Shown here piece after piece: positions 27,976-37,433 of a stretch of 64,000 nt of DNA. Where the stretch lies: NCBI GenBank assembly GCA_017444825.1, contig JAFSVU010000004.1:59025-123024 (forward strand). Direction: 5' to 3'. The translations under genes were made by a program, and so were the position numbers. The stretch's first letter is position 1. Each line of letters opens with the position of its first letter. This DNA comes from Clostridia bacterium (GTDB lineage: Bacteria; Bacillota; Clostridia; UBA1212). The notes under the pieces are model-generated. The model was given only the letters and a program-made list of their open reading frames with translations, was not told the DNA's origin and ran no database searches.

Positions 27976-29502
27976 CTACACCATGTATTTAATGATCTCT
28001 GCGTCTGACAGATCCTGAGAGCGCGGGAATTCTTTTGTAACGGTTCCGTCCTTCATGATTATCAGTCTGTCGGCCATTCCCATAAGCTCGGTCATCTCCT
28101 CCGAGATCATGATGATGGTCTTTCCTTCCCGTTTCATGGCGTACATCAGCTGGTACATTGTCTGTTTAACGCCAATGTCGATTCCCCTGGTGGGGCAGTC
28201 GAGGATGAGTATCTCCGAATCCCTGCCGATCCACTTGGCGAAGACCACCTTCTGTTTGTTACCGCCGGACAGCTCCGAAACAGGCTGGGAAGTTGAAAAA
28301 CACTTGACCTTCATGAATTCGCTGTGCTTTTTAACGTATTTCTTCTCGTTTTTCCTGAGGATGAAATGCCTTCCCACAGCTATCTTATCGAGGCCTCCAA
28401 TGGCGATGTTGTCCGTAATGGACGCATGTGTGCAGAGTGATTCGATGTCGCGGTCCTTCGCCACGTAGCCAATGTGGTTCTTCATGGCCTGGGTGGGGTT
28501 CTTAAGCTCCTTACCCCTCACGAAGACCTTGCCCTTTTCCGGTTTTACCGCGCCGTACATGATCTTACCGATGGTGTGCATGCCGCAGCCGGAAAGTCCG
28601 CCGATACCGAGTATCTCGCCCTCGTGAGCCTGAATATTGACGTTTCTCGCCTGGTCGCGCAGTGAAACGTCCTTGAGCTCGAGCACCACCTTCTCACCGT
28701 AGGAGCCGTCCCAGTCTGACCTGTAGTAGTCTCCCTGGAGCTCTCTGCCGATCATTGACGTCCTGATGGCGTCGGGGTCGAACTCTTCCTTCTCGAAGGT
28801 GCGGATGATCTTACCGTCTCTCAGCACCGTGAGGGTGTCGCACTTTTCCATGATCTCGTCAAGGTCGTGGGAAATGAACACAACGCTTCTGTTGCTCTCC
28901 TTCATCCTCGTCATGAGACCGTAAATGATGTCGCGCCCTATCTGGGACAGAGAAGTCGTCGTCTCGTCAACGACAATGATCTCCGGGTTCTTCATCCAGA
29001 CCTTGGCCACCTCCACCAGTTTTCTGTCCATCATGTCGAGGGTGCCTGTGATCCGGTTGGCCTTTATATGGCCTGCCCCGATATCGTCGAGAGCCGCCTG
29101 TGCCGCCTTCATCAGAGCCGCGTTGTTGACGAACAGTTTGCCCTTGGCGAATCTGTCGGTGTCGCACAGAAACATGTTTTCCGCCACCGTGATCCCGGGA
29201 ACGGTGCCGCTTTCCTGCACTATCATTCCCACGCCGTGGTCTGACGCCCATTTCATGCTCTTCGGATTCCAGGGTTCCCCTTTATAGAACATCTCGCCGT
29301 AATCGCATCCCTGCATTCCCGAAAAGATGGACGTTATGGTGGATTTTCCCGAACCGTTCTCGCCAATGAGCCCTCTGATCTCGCCCCGCTTTACAGTCAG
29401 GTCAACATCGTTTAAAGCAATCGTCGGACCGAAAGTCTTGCGCATGTGATTTATCTGCATTATCACTTCGCCCCTGACTCTCTCCTGTAAGCCTGAGTCC
29501 AT
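27976..29502 (-). CDS. Sugar ABC transporter ATP-binding protein (two fused NBDs)
   Basis: Walker A is GENGSGKST, the signature motif is LSGGNKQKV, and a second NBD is present. RBS GGAGG lies 6 nt before the ATG. Confidence 0.9.
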   Translation of the reverse strand: MDSGLQERVRGEVIMQINHMRKTFGPTIALNDVDLTVKRGEIRGLIGENGSGKSTITSIFSGMQGCDYGEMFYKGEPWNPKSMKWASDHGVGMIVQESGTVPGITVAENMFLCDTDRFAKGKLFVNNAALMKAAQAALDDIGAGHIKANRITGTLDMMDRKLVEVAKVWMKNPEIIVVDETTTSLSQIGRDIIYGLMTRMKESNRSVVFISHDLDEIMEKCDTLTVLRDGKIIRTFEKEEFDPDAIRTSMIGRELQGDYYRSDWDGSYGEKVVLELKDVSLRDQARNVNIQAHEGEILGIGGLSGCGMHTIGKIMYGAVKPEKGKVFVRGKELKNPTQAMKNHIGYVAKDRDIESLCTHASITDNIAIGGLDKIAVGRHFILRKNEKKYVKKHSEFMKVKCFSTSQPVSELSGGNKQKVVFAKWIGRDSEILILDCPTRGIDIGVKQTMYQLMYAMKREGKTIIMISEEMTELMGMADRLIIMKDGTVTKEFPRSQDLSDAEIIKYMV

Positions 29503-29756
29503 AAATCACCTCCAAAGTATTTTACCGTACTCATTAAGAATGGCTTTAGCGCCATTTTCAGCTGATACAATTATATTGGAAATAATTGGCGTTTATAAGG
29601 CCGATTCTTTCAATTATTGTGCACATTTTTTACATCATTTCCGTACGGCTGCATTGGTCATTATGGTTGTTAGTCAATTTTTTACATCTTTTTGATAAAT
29701 TTTGTTCACATTTTTGCACGTTTATGATAATATTGGGGCAGGAAGGTGATACAGCC

Positions 29757-32219
29757 ATGCAACCGATATATGAAATTATTAACAGTAAAGCGCCGCTTAA
29801 TATCGATCTCTTTATGCACAAGGTGAGCGTCTACCCTCTCCACTGGCACAAGGAGCACGAATTCCTGCTGGTTCTGGGCGGCGAGGCCAGGATCACTGTG
29901 TCCGACAACGTTTACACCTGCTCTGAGAACGACTTTCTGCTGATCAACGCAAACGAGCCCCACATGATATTCTCTCAGGAGGGAGTGGTCATGCTGGCTC
30001 TGCATCTTCCCAAGACCCCGGAGCAGGCAAACAAAAGGTTTGACATTAATTCCGTAAAGCATCCCGAAAACGATTACGATAACATAAAGGCGATATTGGC
30101 GAGGATGATAAAACTCCACTCGGAGGCGGCTCCCAACAGTGAGCTACTCATCGAAAGTCTTATCCTCGAACTGAGATACCTTCTTGTCGGCAGATATTCC
30201 TACGACTATGACGAGTCGGAGAACAATTTCGAGAAATATTTTTCCAAGATCTCGGACGTGATACGGTACATCCAGGACCACTACCATGAGGACATCGGGC
30301 TCAAGGATACGGCCGACAGGTTCTATTATTCAAGCTCCTACCTCTCCAGGCTCTTTGAGAAGACGATGGGGATAACCTTCAAGAAATACATCAATAATCT
30401 GCGGCTTGGCGATGCGGTGAACCTTCTCCTGTCTACGGACAGGTCTGTGGATGACATTGCGGCGGAATGCGGATTTCCGAACACCAGAAGCTTCGTCGCG
30501 CTTCACAAGGAGGAGTACGGCTGCCTGCCCACGGAGCACAGGAAAAACCAGGGAAATTCCCTTCTTTACCAGGAAAAGAACAACGAGAACTACCTGGACT
30601 TTAAGAAGACGGACTACCTTTCGAAGCTCGCGGTCTTTATCAATTCGGATGATAACCACGCGGACGTGCAGCCGGTGAAGGCCTCGGAGTCGGTCTATAC
30701 CTCGGTGGACACGGAAAAGCCGGTGTGCGTTCTGAGACACACTTTCAAAAAATTCTGCAGCGTGGGAAGAGCCTCTGACATACTTAAGCAGAACGTCAGA
30801 AACATGCTCATCGAGCTTCAGAACGACGTCAGGTTTGAATATATCAAATTCCACGGCCTGTTTGACGACGACCTCAGCGTATACGCCAAGACCGCCGACG
30901 GAAGGGTCGTTATCAATTTTGATGCCATTGACAATATCATCGACTTCCTGCTGTCCATAAGGCTGAAGCCGCTGATGCAGCTGTCCTTCATGCCTAAGGC
31001 ATTGGCGAAATATCCCGAAAAGACCACATTCTTCAGACCCATCGTGATGAGCGAGCCCACCTGCAACGAGGACTGGGTGTATCTCATCAAAAAATTCGTT
31101 GCCCATCTTCTTTCAAGGTACGGTCAAGAGACGGTCCAGACCTGGCTTTTTTGCGTTTGGAATGAGCCGGAATCCACCCCCGCCCTCTTCGGCTTTAAAG
31201 ATATCTCACTGTTCCCCGAGTTTTACAGGGCGACATACAGGGCAGTGAAGGAGGTCTGTCCGGCGCTTAAGTTCGGTTCCTCTTCGCTGATGAGCGAGAC
31301 CATTCTCAGCACCACCTATTTCGAGGACACGTTCCTTTCGGACAGCTCCACGAGGCCCGACTTCGTTAATTTCCACTTCTACCCCTTAAGTTCCAGCGCT
31401 CTTTACTCTGACAATAATCTGGAGAGCCCCGTGGTAAAGCTCGAGTCGAATCCCTACATCATGGGGGCCACCATAGAAAAGCTGAAAGTAAGGCTGGCAA
31501 GTCTCGGCGCGGGGGACCTTCCCCTCTACCTCACCGAGTGGAACTCCACCACCTCCCACAGGGATCTCTTAAATGACACCGCCTTCAAGGGGGCATACGT
31601 GGCCAGAAATATCATTGACAATTATGATTCGCTGGATTCCTTTGGTTACTGGACTCTCACGGACGACATACTGGAGCTTCCACTGGTGGACAATCTTTTC
31701 CACGGAGGAATAGGTCTTTTCACAAAGAGCGGCATAAAAAAGCCCCCCTATTACGCCTTCAAATTCCTCGCCGAACTTGGGGACAGTCTGCTGGATAAGA
31801 ACAAGGGGTACATCATTACGGAGGACAAGCGGGGGTTCCAGATACTTCTCGTGAACTACATCCACTACTCCGACATTTATTCCGCGGGGGAAATGTTCGA
31901 CATAACTTCCTCCAACAGGTACGCCGCCTTCAGAAACGAGAGGGAGCTGGAGTTCAACATCGATTTTCTCCACAGCGTGAGCGGAAATTACCTGATCGAA
32001 GAATACACGGTAAACCGGCAGTACGGGTCCTGCTTCGACGTCTGGATGGAGAGATTCGCCAATGAAGAACCCAGCACCCCGGAATCGATGCTGGCTCTAA
32101 AGAACGCTTCCCACCCGAAATACACCATAAGGAGGACAGTCGTCGATGACGGAAGGCTCAGGTTCCACGCGGTGCTGGAGCCCTTTGAGATAAGGCTGGT
32201 CAAGATAAAAAGGCTCTGA
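29757..32219 (+). CDS. AraC-family regulator (cupin + HTH) fused to a GH39-like glycoside-hydrolase domain
   Basis: Start set at ATG 29757, after GGAAGGTGA. The AraC HTH reads ...SSSYLSRLFEKTMGITFKKYINNLRL...ECGFPNTRSFVALHKEEYG. The C-terminal ~500 aa are GH39-like (CSVGRA.., RFEYIKFHGLFDDD, VWNEPES, LYLTEWNST). Confidence 0.8.
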   Translation: MQPIYEIINSKAPLNIDLFMHKVSVYPLHWHKEHEFLLVLGGEARITVSDNVYTCSENDFLLINANEPHMIFSQEGVVMLALHLPKTPEQANKRFDINSVKHPENDYDNIKAILARMIKLHSEAAPNSELLIESLILELRYLLVGRYSYDYDESENNFEKYFSKISDVIRYIQDHYHEDIGLKDTADRFYYSSSYLSRLFEKTMGITFKKYINNLRLGDAVNLLLSTDRSVDDIAAECGFPNTRSFVALHKEEYGCLPTEHRKNQGNSLLYQEKNNENYLDFKKTDYLSKLAVFINSDDNHADVQPVKASESVYTSVDTEKPVCVLRHTFKKFCSVGRASDILKQNVRNMLIELQNDVRFEYIKFHGLFDDDLSVYAKTADGRVVINFDAIDNIIDFLLSIRLKPLMQLSFMPKALAKYPEKTTFFRPIVMSEPTCNEDWVYLIKKFVAHLLSRYGQETVQTWLFCVWNEPESTPALFGFKDISLFPEFYRATYRAVKEVCPALKFGSSSLMSETILSTTYFEDTFLSDSSTRPDFVNFHFYPLSSSALYSDNNLESPVVKLESNPYIMGATIEKLKVRLASLGAGDLPLYLTEWNSTTSHRDLLNDTAFKGAYVARNIIDNYDSLDSFGYWTLTDDILELPLVDNLFHGGIGLFTKSGIKKPPYYAFKFLAELGDSLLDKNKGYIITEDKRGFQILLVNYIHYSDIYSAGEMFDITSSNRYAAFRNERELEFNIDFLHSVSGNYLIEEYTVNRQYGSCFDVWMERFANEEPSTPESMLALKNASHPKYTIRRTVVDDGRLRFHAVLEPFEIRLVKIKRL

Positions 32220-32261
32220 CGCACCCCGGCCGGCTGCTAACGTTTAACGACCGTAAAATTT

Positions 32262-32291
32262 AGGGCACCCCAGAGGGTGCCCTGTTTTTTT
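32262..32291. terminator. Rho-independent terminator between convergent genes
   Basis: A perfect 9-bp stem pairs agggcaccc with gggtgccct around the 4-nt loop caga. It is followed by gttttttt. Confidence 0.7.
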
Positions 32292-32308
32292 ACTGTTTTT
32301 TTATTTCC

Positions 32309-34999
32309 TTATGGTTCTATCTTTTTGAGCTCCGCCTCATATTTTTGCAGGTCCTCCGGCGCCGCCCTGAACATTGCAAGGTAGCCCAGGAACCGCCCCG
32401 TGTTAAGCTTAAACTCCTCATTCTCTCCCGTGACCATCCCGTAGGCGAAGGGGAGGTGTTTCTCGAAAAGCGCCCTGGCCCGGCTGTTTGCCAATATATC
32501 TATGTTCGGCGTGTCAAGGTCGAAGGGGTGAACGAGCTTTTCCGGAAGCCTGCAGGAAAAATCATATTCCCCGCGGGAAACTTTATGTGACGATCCGTCG
32601 GGGAGCTCGACCGTTCCTTCCGTTCCGAAAGGTATTTCGACCTTCAGGCTGAAATCACCGCCGGAGACTTTCCAGGACACCTTGTATTTTCCCATTGGCG
32701 AGTCAAATGCGATCTCCGCCTTTTTCATCCTGTAGTTTACGTGGGGCTTTATCAGCACCTTTTTCCACCCGGGCTCCAGATTTTTAAGTCCGCAGATCCT
32801 TGAGTAAATGGCCTCGCAGACAGAGCCGTAGGAGTAATGGTTGAGGGAGTTCATATTGATGCCGCTGATCCTGCCGTCCGGAAGCACCGAGTTCCACCTC
32901 TCCCACACAGTTGTGGCGCCCATGTTCACCGCGTAGAGCCAGCCCGGGCACTCCTCGTTAAAGAGGATCCTGTAGGCGTCGTCGTCCATGCCGTTGTCGA
33001 ACATTGCAAGAAGTATGAGGGGCGTGCCGGTAAAGCCGGTCTTCATCTTGTAGAAGTCCCGTCTCAGCCTTTCCCTGAAGTCATTTATGATCCTGTCCCT
33101 GTTGCGATAGATGCCGTAGTAAAGGGACAGCACGTAGGCCGTCTGGGTGCCTAAGGCCAGCTTTCCGTTTGGTGCGAAATACTCATTAAGAATGGCGTTA
33201 TACACCTTCTCCGCCCGCTCCGAATACTTCTTTTCAAGGTCGGAAGCGCCAAGCTCCCTTGCCGCGGAAGCTGTAAGCCTCAGGGAGTTCCAGTAGTATA
33301 CGTTGGTTATGAAGGTGTTGTCGGTGCCGCCCGCAAGGCTCTGCTCGCAAATTCCGTCCTGGGCAAGCCAGTCGCCGAATGTAAACCCGTGGAGGATCAG
33401 GCCGTTGTCACCGTCCGCCTTCTCCTTTTCCATCAGAACGTTGCAATAGTCCTTCATTATCTCAAAGCCGTAGCCCAGAAGCTGCCTGTCGCCATAGTTC
33501 ATGTAGACGTTCCAGGGAATTATCGTTCCCGCGTCCGCCCACACTGCCCCACCGGGACCCGCCTCATGCTTGAGAGACGGTGAATACATCGGGATGTCGC
33601 CCCCGTAGTACGCCAGCTGATCGTACCTCAGGTCGTGGAGATACTTTCTGTAGAAATTGTAGGTGTCCATCTGGTAGCAGGCGGTATTGACGAATACCTG
33701 GGTGTCGGCGGTCCATCCCAGCCTCTCGTCTCTCTGAGGGCAGTCGGTGGGCACGTCAATGAAATTCGACCTCTGTCCCCAGTAGGTGTTCTTCATCAGC
33801 CTGTTGATCTTTTCGCTGTCTGTGGCGCAGTAAAGCGTGTCCGCAAGGTCCGAATAAATGACGACGAACTCGAAACCTTCGGGGTCCACCTTTTCAAGGC
33901 CCTCCACCAGCACGTATCTGCCGCCGAAATAGGTAAAATATGGCTCGTACACCCTCTCTTTTCCGTCGCCAATGTACACGCACCGTGCAAGGGCCGTCCG
34001 CAGATTGTCCCGGTAGAAGCAGCCCTCCTGAAGGATCTCACCGTAGTGGAGGCTGACCTTTTGACCATAGCCGAGCTTCGCTTTGAACCTCACGAAGCCA
34101 GCCGCGTTCTGGCCGAAATCCAGTATCTGCTCACCCTTCGGCGATACGTAAAGCACCGGCTTCAGCACGTCCTTCTGCTTAACGTGGGTACCAAGGTCCG
34201 GCGTTATATTGTATTTGACCTCTCTTACGGCCGCGGGTTTTCTTTCGCTGAGCTTCTTCGTGTAATCCCTGACCTCGCCGTCGTAGATACTGTTTTCGGT
34301 GCAGTAAGAATCGCTCCACTCCCAGGTCTCATCCGTTTCCAGGGTCTCGGTCTCTCCGCCCTCATACTCTATGGTGAGCTTCAGGCAGAGAAGGTAGTCC
34401 GTGCCGAATACTTTGTCGCCGTTCACCGGCTTATCGATGCCGAACCTTCCCTTGTACCAGCCGTCCCCCATGTGGATCTCGAGCTCATTGGCGCCCTGTC
34501 TCAAAAGAGAGGTCACGTCGAAGGTCTGGAACCGAAGGTATGTGTCGTAGTCGTTGAAGCCCGGCGTAAGGTAGGAATCCCCCGCCCTCTCTCCGTTTAT
34601 AAAAGCCCTGTAGAGGCCAAGGCCCGTTACCGCCAGTTCCGCCCTTTCGATCTTTTTATCGATCACCTTTGTCTTGTAAAAAACCGGCGCGAAGGTCTCA
34701 GAGGAAGTGGTGATGACCTTTGAATCAAGGATCACCGAAGTGCGAAAATCCATCTCCGCTCTTTCGTCCCCGGAACCCACAAAATATGTGTATTTTTTAC
34801 CGTGCTCAAGGGGGCAGTCAAACGCGAAGGCGCAGGAATCGCCAATGTCCACCGTTTTCGAGGAAATGCATCGCCCGTTCTCCTCTATCCCCGCCGTGTA
34901 CGGGCCCTCGCCGTCCGCAATGAACGAGAAGGTGTTGAACATCGGCAGCACGACGCAGTTTTCTCTCATATGGTTTATCATCAATCCGGTAATCGCCAT
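32309..34999 (-). CDS. Alpha-L-rhamnosidase (GH78)
   Basis: The 896-aa protein carries DCPQRDERLGWTADTQVF and the domain order typical of bacterial GH78. Confidence 0.88.
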   Translation of the reverse strand: MAITGLMINHMRENCVVLPMFNTFSFIADGEGPYTAGIEENGRCISSKTVDIGDSCAFAFDCPLEHGKKYTYFVGSGDERAEMDFRTSVILDSKVITTSSETFAPVFYKTKVIDKKIERAELAVTGLGLYRAFINGERAGDSYLTPGFNDYDTYLRFQTFDVTSLLRQGANELEIHMGDGWYKGRFGIDKPVNGDKVFGTDYLLCLKLTIEYEGGETETLETDETWEWSDSYCTENSIYDGEVRDYTKKLSERKPAAVREVKYNITPDLGTHVKQKDVLKPVLYVSPKGEQILDFGQNAAGFVRFKAKLGYGQKVSLHYGEILQEGCFYRDNLRTALARCVYIGDGKERVYEPYFTYFGGRYVLVEGLEKVDPEGFEFVVIYSDLADTLYCATDSEKINRLMKNTYWGQRSNFIDVPTDCPQRDERLGWTADTQVFVNTACYQMDTYNFYRKYLHDLRYDQLAYYGGDIPMYSPSLKHEAGPGGAVWADAGTIIPWNVYMNYGDRQLLGYGFEIMKDYCNVLMEKEKADGDNGLILHGFTFGDWLAQDGICEQSLAGGTDNTFITNVYYWNSLRLTASAARELGASDLEKKYSERAEKVYNAILNEYFAPNGKLALGTQTAYVLSLYYGIYRNRDRIINDFRERLRRDFYKMKTGFTGTPLILLAMFDNGMDDDAYRILFNEECPGWLYAVNMGATTVWERWNSVLPDGRISGINMNSLNHYSYGSVCEAIYSRICGLKNLEPGWKKVLIKPHVNYRMKKAEIAFDSPMGKYKVSWKVSGGDFSLKVEIPFGTEGTVELPDGSSHKVSRGEYDFSCRLPEKLVHPFDLDTPNIDILANSRARALFEKHLPFAYGMVTGENEEFKLNTGRFLGYLAMFRAAPEDLQKYEAELKKIEP

Positions 35000-35019
35000 G
35001 TCAGTTCTCCCCCAAGGTC

Positions 35020-36633
35020 TTATCCTTTTTTGTATTCTTTACATGCATTTATTGCCCGTATGTACGGCAGGTTCATCGCGTAGACCGATTCGTCGCTGTG
35101 GCACGTGACGAAGGTCGCGATCACTTTCTCGGCATGTTCCCGAAGCAGTCTGTCCATAGACTCATTCTCCGCGACCCGTATGACCGTGGGTATGGCGGAG
35201 GGCCCCAGTTCCTGCAGATAGTTTACGTCGAGCTCATTGGTGCTTCCCGAAACATAGCAGTTGTAGTTGTGGCCCGCGATAAAAGCATCCGTATCCGGCA
35301 CCGCCAGCAGTCCGAAGCAGACCGCGAAAATAACCAATGCCGACGCCGCGAAGGGCAGCTTATCGATAAACTGCTTCAGGATCGCAAGGATGAAGAACAG
35401 GCAGATAAGCGCCATGAACCACAGTGTATAAAGTCTGAAACGAGTCAGCCCGTAAGCCGAGACGTACATGAGCATCTGGGATATCGCCGTTACCGATATT
35501 ATAACAGTTACGAGCGAAAGAATCACCGTCGAAATTTTCACAATGGGAGATATCTTTCCGCCGGCTGTTTTTTTGGTAAAGATCCGGATAAGTATGAGCG
35601 CTGCGGCGTTGATCGCGGCCACCGCACAGAGGCGGAAGAACCCGTCCCTGGCAAATTCGGCATAGGTGAAGGCATCGGGAAGGACCCCTGTGAACACCGC
35701 CTTGTAGTAATCCAGCTGCGCGATGATGAACACGATGTAAAGGAAGAGCATCGGCACCAGAGCCACGGCACCCACCACAGCGGGCATGAATTTGATCTTG
35801 TTTTCGATCTTTATGCAGTTTTCGCTGTTAAATTTGTCCTGAGAGGGATGTGCGCCAGTGTATGCCGCGGCGTAGAAGAACATGCCGAGAGGAATGCCGA
35901 AAAACAGCGCCCAGAAGCGGCTCACGATCTCGTCAAAAACGCTATTGGTGATCTTCTCAAGTATCTCGTAAAAGGCCATGTCGTAGGAAAGCAGCCAGAA
36001 TACCACTGCAGTCGGAATTATGGTCACGCCAATGCCCGCCATCACAAACAGCAGCGTTTTTCCGATCTTCTTCCCGCCCTTGTTTGAACCGATGGACTGC
36101 ACCGAGGCGGTGATATTCCTGAACGGCGAGAAAAACAGCGCTTTCACCGTCTCGAAAACGTATAGCTGTCCCGCATGATCTTCAAGAGCAGTCTCCGATC
36201 CCGTCTGGCAGAACATGAAGAAGGCGATCAGTGAATACGTAAGTTCAAACAGAAGGAGCACGGGGCTGCAGGAAAGGAAGAGCCCCGAGGCCACGACAAG
36301 GGCACTCACCGGGTAAAAATAGCTCCTCGGCTTCCTTTGCCTGTTTCCGAAGAACACGAATCCAAAGGCAAAAAGAAATATGATAAATACCAGAGCCAGC
36401 ACCGGGTTTTGCCACACGAAGAAGGTGCGGCAGAAAACGTACCCCGCAAGAACGGCCACCGGGACCAGGATCTTCTCTTTTTTGGTAAATTCTCTCGCAG
36501 GTTTTTTGGCCGTTGGCGTCTGATAAGTTATCTGATCCGGCGTGCGATACGGTGCCTGGTTTGGCGCCTGATACGTTGTCTGAGCCTGCCCTTCGGGATC
36601 GGCAGAATAATATGGGTTTTGCTGTTCGTTCAT
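35020..36633 (-). CDS. Large polytopic membrane protein (DUF4153/DUF4173-like), Q/P-rich N-terminus
   Basis: Start set at ATG 36633 (MNEQQNPYYSADPEG...). More than 10 hydrophobic segments are present. The longer ORF start would overlap the upstream HTH gene. Confidence 0.7.
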   Translation of the reverse strand: MNEQQNPYYSADPEGQAQTTYQAPNQAPYRTPDQITYQTPTAKKPAREFTKKEKILVPVAVLAGYVFCRTFFVWQNPVLALVFIIFLFAFGFVFFGNRQRKPRSYFYPVSALVVASGLFLSCSPVLLLFELTYSLIAFFMFCQTGSETALEDHAGQLYVFETVKALFFSPFRNITASVQSIGSNKGGKKIGKTLLFVMAGIGVTIIPTAVVFWLLSYDMAFYEILEKITNSVFDEIVSRFWALFFGIPLGMFFYAAAYTGAHPSQDKFNSENCIKIENKIKFMPAVVGAVALVPMLFLYIVFIIAQLDYYKAVFTGVLPDAFTYAEFARDGFFRLCAVAAINAAALILIRIFTKKTAGGKISPIVKISTVILSLVTVIISVTAISQMLMYVSAYGLTRFRLYTLWFMALICLFFILAILKQFIDKLPFAASALVIFAVCFGLLAVPDTDAFIAGHNYNCYVSGSTNELDVNYLQELGPSAIPTVIRVAENESMDRLLREHAEKVIATFVTCHSDESVYAMNLPYIRAINACKEYKKG

Positions 36634-36649
36634 CTTTAGTGTCCGCCTT

Positions 36650-36850
36650 TCATTTTTTGTACTCAATGATGTCGCTGACATCGCAGTCCAGGGCCTCGCA
36701 TATCGCGTCGAGTGTGGAGAACCGGACCGCCTTGGCTTTGTTGTTTTTGAGGATCGAGAGATTGGCAAGTGTGATGCCCACCTTTTCGGAGAGCTCACCG
36801 AGGGACATCTTTCGCTTCGCCATCATCACGTCGAGATTTATGATGATCAT
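36650..36850 (-). CDS. Small XRE-family HTH regulator (YozG-like)
   Basis: The 66-aa protein carries MSLGELSEKVGITLANLSILKNNKAKAVRFSTLDAICEALDC. Confidence 0.85.
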   Translation of the reverse strand: MIIINLDVMMAKRKMSLGELSEKVGITLANLSILKNNKAKAVRFSTLDAICEALDCDVSDIIEYKK

Positions 36851-36862
36851 GGTACTCTCCTT

Positions 36863-37336
36863 TCAGACCGTAAGGTCGTTTTCTTCCTTAATGTAGACTG
36901 CTTCCTCGATTACGTTCTTCACCACCCGGATGGCCAGGCCCACGAAGAGTACCACCGCGCCGGTAACGATCGCGATAGGCGTGCAGAAGGCCAGTATCAT
37001 CATTATGAAACCCATGAATATGAGGCACCAGGAGATGTAGCGGATGAGCTCGACAGCAGCCCGGGTGAAGACCTTTCCCTGTCTCACAAGAAGAAGCAGC
37101 GCAAAGAGCATCCCCAGTCCGCCTGCCGTAAGAGCCAGCTCGATATAGGCAGTGACGTAGACGATCACCCTTTGGGCCGGAACCAGTTCAAGCCTCGCCC
37201 CGCTGAGGTCCGGGAGTTTTATCAGATATTCGATAAATGCAGGCATAAAAAACGCCAATGCCACCGCCCCCGCAAGCATCATGCCGGTGAGAACGATGGA
37301 TATCATGACCGAAAGTTTTCTGTTGATCTTAAGCAT
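36863..37336 (-). CDS. DUF2975-like 4-TM membrane protein (usual partner of YozG-like HTH)
   Basis: The 157-aa protein has four hydrophobic segments. It sits directly upstream of the small HTH gene. RBS GGAGG. Confidence 0.7.
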   Translation of the reverse strand: MLKINRKLSVMISIVLTGMMLAGAVALAFFMPAFIEYLIKLPDLSGARLELVPAQRVIVYVTAYIELALTAGGLGMLFALLLLVRQGKVFTRAAVELIRYISWCLIFMGFIMMILAFCTPIAIVTGAVVLFVGLAIRVVKNVIEEAVYIKEENDLTV

Positions 37337-37433
37337 AAGAGCCTCCGTAATGTTTGTTACAGAGGCATCTTACCATGATGTAAATCGTTTGTCAATATGA
37401 ATTTATCGAAATTCAATAAAATTTTTTCGAGAA

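Noticed and set aside
29586-29756. A 57-codon N-terminal extension of the AraC::GH39 ORF starting at 29586
   Set aside because: The extension is hydrophobic and low-complexity, lies in AT-rich promoter-like DNA and lacks an RBS. ATG 29757 has GGAAGGTGA upstream and starts the cupin domain.
33635-34723. Long antisense ORFs inside GC-rich genes. Examples are 33635-34723 (362 aa) opposite the rhamnosidase, 35098-36087 (329 aa), 53406-54158 (250 aa), 15530-16132, 294-944 and 58270-59214.
   Set aside because: Their composition is Arg/Gly/His/Val-rich and low-complexity, as is typical of the reverse frame of high-GC coding DNA. They have no RBS and no motifs, and each is fully covered by a motif-supported gene on the other strand.
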